The notes under the pieces: model-generated
What the model saw: the letters and a program-made list of their open reading frames with translations, nothing else
What the model was told of the DNA's origin: nothing
Databases searched by the model: none
Translations under genes and position numbers: made by a program
IMG/VR virus record: IMGVR_UViG_3300009545_000018
Location: 62,001-126,000 of that record
Length of the DNA stretch: 64,000 nt
Direction: 5' to 3' (one strand)
Shown here: positions 50,231 through 58,223 of the stretch, in pieces
How the letters are laid out: each line of letters begins with the position of its first letter
How positions within the stretch are numbered: position 1 is the first letter of the stretch

Positions 50231-50367
50231 TCCGAGGTACGTCTAATGGTAAGACACGCGGCTGTGGGAACTATAGGTTAATAATAAGTCCCGTTCGATT
50301 CGGGCAGTTCCAAGAATAACCGCGCGGTGGTAACACTTTGTAGGTTCGAGTCCTACCCTCGGAGCCA
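50231..50367 (+). tRNA. tRNA-Asn(GTT)-like gene with 51-nt insertion in the anticodon
   Basis: TCCGAGG/CCTCGGA+GCCA; CGCGG-CTGT[50266-50316]TAA-CCGCG. Confidence 0.75.
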
Positions 50368-50392
50368 TTATATTAAATAAAAGGAAAGTACT

Positions 50393-50554
50393 ATGCAAGT
50401 TCAAATACATCTTTACAATCAATCCAATCCTATTGTGTTGGAACATGTAACTAATGCTTATCAAAAAGGTGATTTTTATTGTGTTATGTTTGCTAGTAAA
50501 CTAGTTCAAAAGTTTCCAATTCAACATATATTTAGAATAATAGAAACTCCTTAA
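50393..50554 (+). CDS. small hypothetical protein (53 aa)
   Basis: AAGGA SD, MQVQIHLYNQSNPI... Confidence 0.55.
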   Translation: MQVQIHLYNQSNPIVLEHVTNAYQKGDFYCVMFASKLVQKFPIQHIFRIIETP

Positions 50555-50557
50555 TGT

Positions 50558-51330
50558 ATGATTTCAAAATTAACAATCAAATCTTATGGAGTGACAGTAA
50601 CTCTTCCCAGTGAAATTCTAATTTTAGAAGATTGTATCTGGGCTAAAACTGGTGAACATTTAGCTTTAGGAAAAGACAAAAATATTATGGGTAATGATTG
50701 TTTTATTGTCCTTAGAAAAAACGGAGTTGTTATTTCTGGACCTTCTCCTTTAATTCATTCGGTTGGAGCAAATAGTTTAATTTATCAAGAGTGTTCGGTA
50801 GAAAAATATTATAAAATGAAAGCATTTTTGTAATGATCAAATATGTTGATGATAACGGTAAAGAAAAAATTTTACCTGAAAAAATAGTTATACTAAAATG
50901 TCCTGATAGTTGGCTTATTGAGCCTGGAGATTATATAGAATTTATTCATACATATTATCTTCATATGAGGATCTCCAGCTTTGAAATCAAAGTTTTAAAA
51001 GGATATCATAAGAATAAAATATTTGATTTACTCTTTAGTCATTTATCTAAGATTGAATATGTAAGCATAGAAAAGTTTGAAAAACTAAAGGCGTTTGTTT
51101 AAATGGAAACCAAGTGGATTTTAGTAACACAACAAAACTCTGTTTACTATAATAAAATCTTAGAATTAAAAGAAGGTTGGACATCAACCATTTATAATGG
51201 GACTATTGTTTGGTTTATTGAGTCAGTAAATGGTCAAGTTAGACATTATCCGGATTGGTTTGAGTTAAACGATTTGCCAACACATACAGTAGTAACAAAG
51301 GATGCCCTTAATTTATTAGCCTTTTTATAA
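50558..51330 (+). CDS. array of three KAF-tag proteins (50558-50833, 50833-51102, 51103-51330)
   Basis: ends KMKAFL, KLKAFV, NLLAFL. Confidence 0.7.
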
Positions 51331-51336
51331 AAAACT

Positions 51337-51579
51337 TTAGATGAATGCCGCAATGGAATACATATACAACCGATAGCTGAATGTCGCAAGACATTCAATA
51401 TCTCCGATTTCATAAAAGAGATATGAACCAACCTAAAGGAATTCCTATAAGGATAAACTATGTGACTGACAAACTTGAAGCCAGTTAAAGCTCAAGTCCT
51501 CTATGGTATTATTAGGATAAGATATACTGTGCTATTGGATAAAATTAATCGCACTTTCTATTGCATTCTTGTCATCTAA
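51337..51579 (+). ncRNA. scaffold-family ncRNA copy G (large cargo)
   Basis: TTAGATGA/TCATCTAA, ATGCC, GCAATGGAA/TTCTATTGC, TACAT, CTTG. Confidence 0.62.
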
Positions 51580-51591
51580 TTAACTTTTCAT

Positions 51592-51720
51592 TTAAATGAA
51601 TGCCGATTCGGGAATACATTAAACACAAAGATACTGCAGCATGTGCCAGGCTAATCCACATGTACCTTAGGAGTACTCAGGGTAAAGTGTACCGACTTCT
51701 CAATCACCTTTGTCATTTAA
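51592..51720 (+). ncRNA. scaffold-family ncRNA copy H
   Basis: TTAAATGA/TCATTTAA, ATGCC, GATTCGGGAA/TTCTCAATC (imperfect), TACATT, TTTG. Confidence 0.62.
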
Positions 51721-51721
51721 C

Positions 51722-52962
51722 ATGAATTACTTAAAACACACATTAGATAACGGCACAGTATTAGAAATACCAGAAGAATTTATGGTATTAGATAATTTAC
51801 CATCAGAAGATCTACATTACAAAGTAGAATTAATTCTTGATTTTATTAGAGGCTGGGTATTTAAAATAACCCATATAAATGGTTTAGAACTAACTCAATA
51901 TAAAGAAGATCCAACATGGATTTGTTATTTTAGTCCAGAAAAGATTTTTAATAAAAAAATTATACCATGTTCACTTGAAAAATTTAACAATATGAAAGCA
52001 TTTTTATAATGTCAAAAGAAGAAAAACCATTATCACCTTATGAGATAAGAAGATTAGGTCATTGCAAAGAAACAGAGCAGTGTGTTGATGATCTATATTG
52101 TAATTGTCCTTGTTTACCTTGTTCTAAGCAAGATTGTTTTAGACCAGGATGTAAATGTGGTAGAACTCATCCATATAAAAATTAATGTACTTACATATCC
52201 ATGATAAAGATGTTCCATCTTCTATTTTAGTTTTAGAAGACTCAAAAACTCACACCATTGAAAAGAATTCTCATTTTGTTTTTAGAAAAATTAAGTATAA
52301 TGAATATTGTGTTGATTTTTTTAATGGTAAAGATAATCGTTATTCTTATGCAAGATATTCAGAAGATGATTTATATCGTATGTTTTTTGATGGCAAATTA
52401 AAATATAAAGAATTTTCTTTAGCCCAGTTTAATAAAATAAAAGCATTTTTATGAAATATTATATTATTGAGGATACAGTAGTTCCAAGTGAGTTCATTAT
52501 AATTCATGATACAGATTTATGTAGAATTTATAATATTTATCCAGAGTTTAATAGAAATATTTATACTCATAAGAATTTTTTTGATTATATAAGCTACGAT
52601 CTTGATTATAATTTTATTTCGATTGCTACCATGCCAGGCAGTCAATTACTAAGTTATATTGATAATAATAAGTTATTTCCAATAGAAAAGTTTAATAGTT
52701 TAAAGGCTTTCTTATGAAATATATTCAAACTGCTAAATATAATTATCCAGAAGAAATATTTGTAACACAAAGTTTCTTTAGACACGAGTGGACTAATAAA
52801 CACTTGGTATTAAAACAATATAATGAATATGTATTAAGTGTATTTTTAATAAATGGGGAAGAGCCCTCACATCCAATGGCTATTACCAATAATTTCATTC
52901 ATGAGGCTAATTTTTTAGAAATGTCTTTAGAAAGATATTTAAAGATTAAATCTTTCTTATAA
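51722..52962 (+). CDS. four KAF-tag proteins (51722-52009, 52185-52454, 52451-52717, 52714-52962) and a Cys-rich 58-aa ORF (52009-52185)
   Basis: ends NMKAFL, KIKAFL, SLKAFL, KIKSFL; overlapping start/stops. Confidence 0.7.
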
Positions 52963-52985
52963 TAACTTGATATATAGTAATTCAT

Positions 52986-53059
52986 GCCTTCATCGTTCAA
53001 TGGTAGGACGCTGGATTGTCACTTCAGTAACAGCGGATCGTAACCGCTTGGAGGCGCCA
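52986..53059 (+). tRNA. tRNA-Asp(GTC) with atypical T-loop
   Basis: GCCTTCA/TGGAGGC+GCCA, TT-GTC-AC, T-loop ATCGTAA. Confidence 0.85.
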
Positions 53060-53066
53060 TTATTAT

Positions 53067-53142
53067 CCGCTATGAGTCTCTTGGTTGAGCTGAAGGTTCT
53101 TATAAAGCTTTTGGACAAGTTCAAATCTTGTATGGCGGACCA
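53067..53142 (+). tRNA. degenerate tRNA-like element
   Basis: CCGCTAT/ATGGCGG+ACCA, ACAAG-TTCAAAT-CTTGT; weak D and anticodon arms. Confidence 0.5.
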
Positions 53143-53197
53143 TGAGGAATATTCCTCACTTTGCACATGGTATCCATGTGATAATTTAGGAGCACTC

Positions 53198-53476
53198 ATG
53201 TTAGATAATAGAGATGGTTATATTTGTCCCGATCAGCGTGTTGGATTTAATAATCATTCAGGTTTGAATTTTTCTGATATATCTTCAGAAGAATATCGAA
53301 TTTATGAATTTGAAAGCGGAAGATCAATCTTAATAAATAAACCATTAAGATTAAATGTCTCACCAAGTGGTGGACATAGGGTATTTGATGAAGATAAAGT
53401 ATCTCATTATATTCCTAAAGGTTGGATTCATCTTAAATGGAAAGCCAGAGAAGGTCAACCTAATTTTGTGAAATGA
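53198..53476 (+). CDS. hypothetical phage protein
   Basis: AGGAG SD before ATG 53198; DISSEEYRIYEF..SGGHRV..SHYIPKGW; the track's earlier start overlaps tRNAs. Confidence 0.7.
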   Translation: MLDNRDGYICPDQRVGFNNHSGLNFSDISSEEYRIYEFESGRSILINKPLRLNVSPSGGHRVFDEDKVSHYIPKGWIHLKWKAREGQPNFVK

Positions 53477-53516
53477 ATTTATCAAGCAATAATATTAAGT
53501 TATTATTGCTTTGACT

Positions 53517-53586
53517 ATGGACAAATTAGATAAGGATTACATTTTATTGGAAAAACAAACATCTTTGTCAACTACTTGTTGTCCAT
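53517..53586 (+). ncRNA. scaffold-family ncRNA copy E
   Basis: ATGGACAA/TTGTCCAT, GATAAGGAT/ATCTTTGTC, TACATT. Confidence 0.7.
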
Positions 53587-53589
53587 TAT

Positions 53590-53666
53590 GGTACATAGGC
53601 GAATCTAGTGAACGCAAAACCCTGAAGAGGTTTGGAGCCCAGAGCGTAACTTGGGATGTACCACCA
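53590..53666 (+). tRNA. tRNA-Phe(GAA) with atypical T-loop
   Basis: GGTACAT/ATGTACC+ACCA, AAACC-CTGAAGA-GGTTT, T-loop AGCGTAAC. Confidence 0.8.
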
Positions 53667-53782
53667 AGAAAGGTAGCGCCTTTCAGCCTGCTCACATGGA
53701 CGAAACTGTGACGTTCCCTCTTGGCTGTATAGCTCAAGTAGTAAAAGGGACAGCCGGTTCACCTGGTTGGAAACGGTGATAA

Positions 53783-53859
53783 AGTCATCTAGTTTAATGG
53801 TAAAACGCCATCACATTTATGTGCCGGCGGAGATCTGGGTTCGAGTCCCAGGATGATTT
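53783..53859 (+). tRNA. degenerate tRNA with expanded anticodon loop
   Basis: AGTCATC/GATGATT, canonical D and T arms, 13-nt loop, no CCA. Confidence 0.55.
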
Positions 53860-53862
53860 CTA

Positions 53863-54013
53863 TGAAAACAAATGCCCGTACAAGGATTACATTCATTATA
53901 GGAACGTGAAGAAAGTTCGATTCTTTCCGCAGCGACCAAACTAAAAACAATTGCTGCGTGGTGTATTGGTTAACACACGAAAAAAACATCTTTGTCAATT
54001 TTTGTTGTTTTCA
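53863..54013 (+). ncRNA. Y RNA-like ncRNA: scaffold copy F with circularly permuted tRNA domain
   Basis: TGAAAACAA/TTGTTTTCA, ACAAGGAT/ATCTTTGT; inside: T arm, CGCAGCG-ACCA, linker, TGCTGCG, D arm. Confidence 0.78.
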
Positions 54014-54033
54014 ATTATTTAAATAGGTGAAAC

Positions 54034-54366
54034 ATGAAATGTAAGATTCATCCAAAATATAAAGCCATATATCAGCCTAGGAAAACTAATAAGTTTCCAG
54101 ACGGTTGTATGGAATGTATTAAAATTTTTAACAAAAAACATAAAGTTTTTCTCTGTACAAGGAATCTTAGTAAAAATAATAATTTGCTTTTTAAAAAGGG
54201 TAAACATTATCAATTTATTTGTAAACAAAAAGTTATTAGTCATATGCCTTTTTCCAAATCACCGTATGATTATTTAATATATATTCGAAATGAAAGAGGG
54301 GATTACTCTTTTTTTAGTAAAGATAAAAATTTTCCTTATTTTTGGATAAAAGATTATTTCGAATAA
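54034..54366 (+). CDS. hypothetical protein
   Basis: AGG SD, MKCKIHP. Confidence 0.5.
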   Translation: MKCKIHPKYKAIYQPRKTNKFPDGCMECIKIFNKKHKVFLCTRNLSKNNNLLFKKGKHYQFICKQKVISHMPFSKSPYDYLIYIRNERGDYSFFSKDKNFPYFWIKDYFE

Positions 54367-54372
54367 CACTAT

Positions 54373-54449
54373 CGACCTCTAGCTCATTTGGTTAGAGCGA
54401 CCGCCTGATACGCGGTAGGTGCGGGGATCATAGCCCCGGGGGTCGACCA
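54373..54449 (+). tRNA. tRNA-Ile(GAT) with atypical T-loop
   Basis: ACCGC-CTGATAC-GCGGT, CGGGG-ATCATAG-CCCCG, ACCA. Confidence 0.87.
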
Positions 54450-54483
54450 TTAACAATATAATAATTTGAATTAGGAACTCTAT

Positions 54484-55011
54484 ATGTGGACAAAAGAAGA
54501 TCAAAAAAAATCAGACCAAGCGTTTAGAGAAAGACGAAGAGCGCGTACACATATTGAAACGCCAATCAGTAAAATTTGTTCTGGATGTTTAATAGATAAA
54601 CCAGCTAGTGAATTTACAAGAGACAAAATCTCTAAAGATGGTTTAAAATTTCATTGCAAAACTTGTACTAAAAAAGAAGGCGATGCTTAGAAAAACAAAA
54701 ATTGGTTTAAAAAATTGTTACATACCGCAAAATCAATTTCGAAAAAATATAATCTTTTATTTGATTTAGATGAAGATTTTATAATTGGTTTATTTAATAA
54801 ACAAGATAGAAAATGTTTTTATCTTGGAATAGATTTAGAACCAGCATTTAATAGAAGAAAATTAAATTCTCCATCATTAGATAGAATAGATTGCAATAAA
54901 GGATATACTAGGGATAATGTAGTTTTATGTTCACAATTTGCCAATTTAGGTCGGTGTGATGTTCCTTTTGAAGAATTTAAAAATTTTTGTAACAAATTAT
55001 TAAATAATTAA
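54484..55011 (+). pseudogene. HNH-type homing endonuclease interrupted by one in-frame TAG
   Basis: CSGC..CKTC domain in frame with SLDRID..GY..NV domain; TAG at 54688-54690. Confidence 0.7.
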
Positions 55012-55032
55012 TATATTGACACTATTGGAAGG

Positions 55033-55827
55033 ATGGTTACTATGAATACTAGTTATTTTCAAGTTTGTAAATGTCATTGTCATATTTCTAAGAATGTCAA
55101 GCACATTATGGCTTGTTGTTTTAATTGTAGCATTTGTGATAAGAATATTGTAAATGTTTATTTTACTTCGCACAAAAAAGCATGTGAAGAAGAAAAGAAG
55201 CAATTATTAGAAAAAATAACAAAAGAATTTAATGAAAGCACAAATAAGGATCATGGCGACAACAATTCATGAATTAAAAAATTGGTTCTTAAAGGGTAAG
55301 ACAAAGGGAGCTACACATATGATTATTGTTTGCTCTACTTTTGATTGGGAAGATTTTCCAATTTATGTTATGCCAAGCCAAGATGTCAAAAAAGAATTTG
55401 ATTTACAATCTAAAAAAGAGATGCAAAAGATAATGGAAGTTTATAATCTTAATAAAGATATTAGTGCTCAATTAAACCAATTTCGAACAATGGAGTTTTA
55501 ATGGACAATTTAATGTCAGACTTAAGACAGTCAGTAGCTTTATTTAAACACTCTTTATCTTCTTTTATTTTAAAGAAAGAGGTCTTTTCCATTGTTGATG
55601 GGTTGTCGTATCAACAATATTGTTTACAAGAAGCAATCTTTTATTTAGTTGAAATGGAAAGAGCCGCAAAAACCTTATTGCATTTATCATTGAATGATCA
55701 AAAACAAATTATGTTTTGGGCAATTCAAATGAGAGATGAAATGCAAAGAATCTTAAAAAATGATTTTCATACCATTTATGAGATGTTTTTGACCGATAAT
55801 GAGACGAGAGTAATTAATGCGTATTAA
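55033..55827 (+). CDS. three hypothetical proteins (55033-55272 Cys-rich, 55253-55501, 55501-55827)
   Basis: downstream of TTGACA-N16-TACTAT at 55016-55043; coupled ORFs. Confidence 0.5.
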
Positions 55828-56289
55828 GATAGAAAAAGCAAATAATAAAGCTAAATGTCGTGGACTTAAATGTAAAAAATTACCAGAATTTATCAATCGT
55901 AAAGGTAGAATAAGAAAAGACACTAGTTGCGCTGTTGTTAGTATAGCTAGTGCAGGTGGTGGAGCTACCGCCTTTTATTGTAGAGATTGTATTGATCAAA
56001 TTTATATGGATATGAAAATGGCTTTGGATCCAAAATTATGGATATTTAAATGAGAAATATTTTATATATTAAAGTGGAGCCTAATCCTGGTGGTAATGCT
56101 CCATGTTATTATAAAAATTGTAGTAATAATCCAGATTTAATAAATAAAGATGGTTCTATTAAAACAGGAACTTTAAGAGCTAGAATAGAAAATTCTTTCT
56201 ACTGTAAAGAATGTATTCCGAAAGTTTATAAGGATTTATGCTTTCAAATAAAGAGAGAATTAGATCCTAAGTTGTGGGCATTTAAATAA
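55817..56289 (+). CDS. two paralogous Zn-finger proteins (55817-56053, 56050-56289)
   Basis: FYCxxCI and C-termini LDPKLWIFK / LDPKLWAFK. Confidence 0.65.
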
Positions 56290-56290
56290 T

Positions 56291-56374
56291 GGGTTCGTCG
56301 CATAGTGGTATTGCACCTGGCTCTTAACCAGACGTAGAAATGCAACGTCGGTTCGATTCCGACCGGACCCACCA
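56291..56374 (+). tRNA. tRNA-Lys(CTT) with long variable arm
   Basis: CT-CTT-AA, 14-nt variable region, ACCA. Confidence 0.88.
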
Positions 56375-56387
56375 ACATATTAAATAT

Positions 56388-56461
56388 GGGCTTATAACTC
56401 AATGGTAGAGTAGCTGGCTTTTAACCAGTTAATCAGAGTTCGACTCTCTGTGAGCCCACCA
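56388..56461 (+). tRNA. tRNA-Lys(TTT)
   Basis: CT-TTT-AA, canonical, ACCA. Confidence 0.92.
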
Positions 56462-56484
56462 ATCCAATTAGGAGATTTATTAAT

Positions 56485-56907
56485 ATGATTGATTCATTAA
56501 AAGATTTAGAATTAGATAAAATTGATTTAAAAGCCGAAGATTATTTAGAAAAAATTAATTCTATTCTTCAAGAAAAACTTGGAGTAGGATTTAAAGAGAT
56601 CAAATCTCCTTTAATAGACTATGTTAAGTCTCATGCCGAAGAGTTATCATTATCATTTCCTAATATTGCGCCCCATGGTGACTATAGTAAAATGATTGAG
56701 GATAATGATGGTATGTCAAATTTTCTAAAGTCTTTAGAGAATTTAGATGATTGGAAAGTCTTATCAATAGATGAAGATACTAAATTTAATTTATTAAAGT
56801 TTTCTTTCGTATCTATAGCAGTAGATGATGGTGATTCCTTGGAAGGATTTACTTATCTATCTAAAGATGGTAAAATTAAACATTCTTTTGCTCAATATGT
56901 CGGATGA
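56485..56907 (+). CDS. acidic hypothetical protein
   Basis: AGGAG SD. Confidence 0.55.
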   Translation: MIDSLKDLELDKIDLKAEDYLEKINSILQEKLGVGFKEIKSPLIDYVKSHAEELSLSFPNIAPHGDYSKMIEDNDGMSNFLKSLENLDDWKVLSIDEDTKFNLLKFSFVSIAVDDGDSLEGFTYLSKDGKIKHSFAQYVG

Positions 56908-57209
56908 AAGACCTTACTGACGAAGAGATTGCAGAAGGTTGCGTCATGACAAGTGATGGGACAAAAAGATGGTATAATAAGGAAAACATATTGCATCGTT
57001 TAGATGGTCCTGCCATATTGTGTACCAATGGCAGTTATGCTTGGTATAAAGATGGTAAAAGACATCGTTTAGATGGTCCGGCTTATTATCTAAAAATCGC
57101 TTATAAATCATTAGAAATTATAAAAGAGTGGTATTTTGAAGGTAAAAAAATAGAATGTAGTTCTCAGGAAGAATTTGAAAAACTAATCAAACTAAAAGCA
57201 TTTTGGTAA
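56904..57209 (+). CDS. HRLDGPA-repeat protein with KAF tag
   Basis: two HRLDGPA repeats; ends KLKAFW. Confidence 0.75.
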   Translation: MKDLTDEEIAEGCVMTSDGTKRWYNKENILHRLDGPAILCTNGSYAWYKDGKRHRLDGPAYYLKIAYKSLEIIKEWYFEGKKIECSSQEEFEKLIKLKAFW

Positions 57210-57212
57210 AAC

Positions 57213-57770
57213 ATGGTAAATGATTTAAAAACAAAAATAATAAACTTATATGGCGGACCAGGCGTTGGTAAGAGTACTTCTGCAGCTTATCTTTATTTTT
57301 TATCTAAAATAAATAAACAAAATGCTGAATTAGTTCGAGAATATGCCAAGGATTGGGTATATCAGGACAGAAAGATTGGTCCCTACAATCAAATATATTT
57401 CTTGGGAAAACAAATTCATAAAGAGAGTTTACTATATGGAAAAGTAAATTATATAATTACTGACTCTCCCATTATGATGAGTGTATATTATGCTTATCTA
57501 TATTGCGAAAAGGACTTGGCTGATGGAGTTTGTTGTGCAGCTGAAGCTTTTTATGAGCAAGCCAGAAAAGATGGTCATCAACATATCCATGTTATGTTAA
57601 GTCGAGCACATCCTTATGATCCTAATGGTAGGTATCAATCTGAAAAAGAGGCGGTTCAAATTGATAATGGAGTTAGAAAACTTTTGTCAGATTTAGATAT
57701 TCCTTTTATAGAGTGCAAAAGTGACGAAAATGATTTATCTGAATTAATGATGCATTTACAAAAACTATGA
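57213..57770 (+). CDS. P-loop ATPase/kinase (AAA_28/NadR-like)
   Basis: GGPGVGKST, VREYAK, ITDSP. Confidence 0.8.
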   Translation: MVNDLKTKIINLYGGPGVGKSTSAAYLYFLSKINKQNAELVREYAKDWVYQDRKIGPYNQIYFLGKQIHKESLLYGKVNYIITDSPIMMSVYYAYLYCEKDLADGVCCAAEAFYEQARKDGHQHIHVMLSRAHPYDPNGRYQSEKEAVQIDNGVRKLLSDLDIPFIECKSDENDLSELMMHLQKL

Positions 57771-58135
57771 GAAAAAATTTTATATTAGAAACATTATTAG
57801 AGAGTGGGGAAGTAGTTTGGAAACCCCGCGGCAACTCTATGACTCCTAAAATTAATTCTGGAGATCAAGTTTTAATAAAATCTTCAAATCAATTAATACT
57901 ATTAGTTGGTGATATTGTGTATGTTAAGGTAAAGAGTAATTATTATTTGCATCTAATATCAGCAATTGATGGTGATAGATATCAAATTTCCAACAATCAT
58001 GGTTTTGTAAATGGGTGGGTTCATCGAAATAATATCTTTGGAATATGTATTAAGATAGAAGATAAAGTTCTCTTGAATGGTGAAGATTTAAAACTTAGAG
58101 AAGAAGCATTTACCTCTGAACAAAGTAAAGCTTGA
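57767..58135 (+). CDS. S24/S26 peptidase-like protein
   Basis: GNSMTPKINSGD motif; second catalytic position appears to be His. Confidence 0.65.
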   Translation: MRKNFILETLLESGEVVWKPRGNSMTPKINSGDQVLIKSSNQLILLVGDIVYVKVKSNYYLHLISAIDGDRYQISNNHGFVNGWVHRNNIFGICIKIEDKVLLNGEDLKLREEAFTSEQSKA

Positions 58136-58223
58136 TATAAGATTTAATGTTCAGTAGATCTTAAAAGTTAATTTAGAGTCCAAATCTAAATCTTCTCGAA
58201 TAAATTTAATGATATATAACTAT

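Noticed and set aside
53723-53756. tRNA-like start GGCTGTATAGCTCAAG
   Set aside because: It closes into a simple GGCTGT/ACAGCC hairpin with no T arm or CCA.
53620-53760. Hammerhead-like CTGAAGAG...GGACGAAAC
   Set aside because: CTGAAGA is the anticodon loop of tRNA-Phe, stem II is poor, and the would-be cleavage triplet lacks the required U.
48402-53998. Track ORFs overlapping RNA genes (48402-48695, 49685-50041, 50243-50464, 51246-51431, 52990-53199, 53511-53711, 53537-53737, 53789-53998, and the 5' part of 52967-53476)
   Set aside because: They lie on or opposite tRNA/ncRNA genes, lack SDs and have atypical composition.
46200-54450. CRISPR array or direct-repeat array
   Set aside because: Repeated elements are dispersed, degenerate and self-complementary, with no identical repeats or regular spacing.
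513-57209. KAF endings as a DNA recombination site (integron-like cassette boundary)
   Set aside because: Variation is concentrated at third codon positions and there is no palindromic attC-like structure; not excluded without a formal test.
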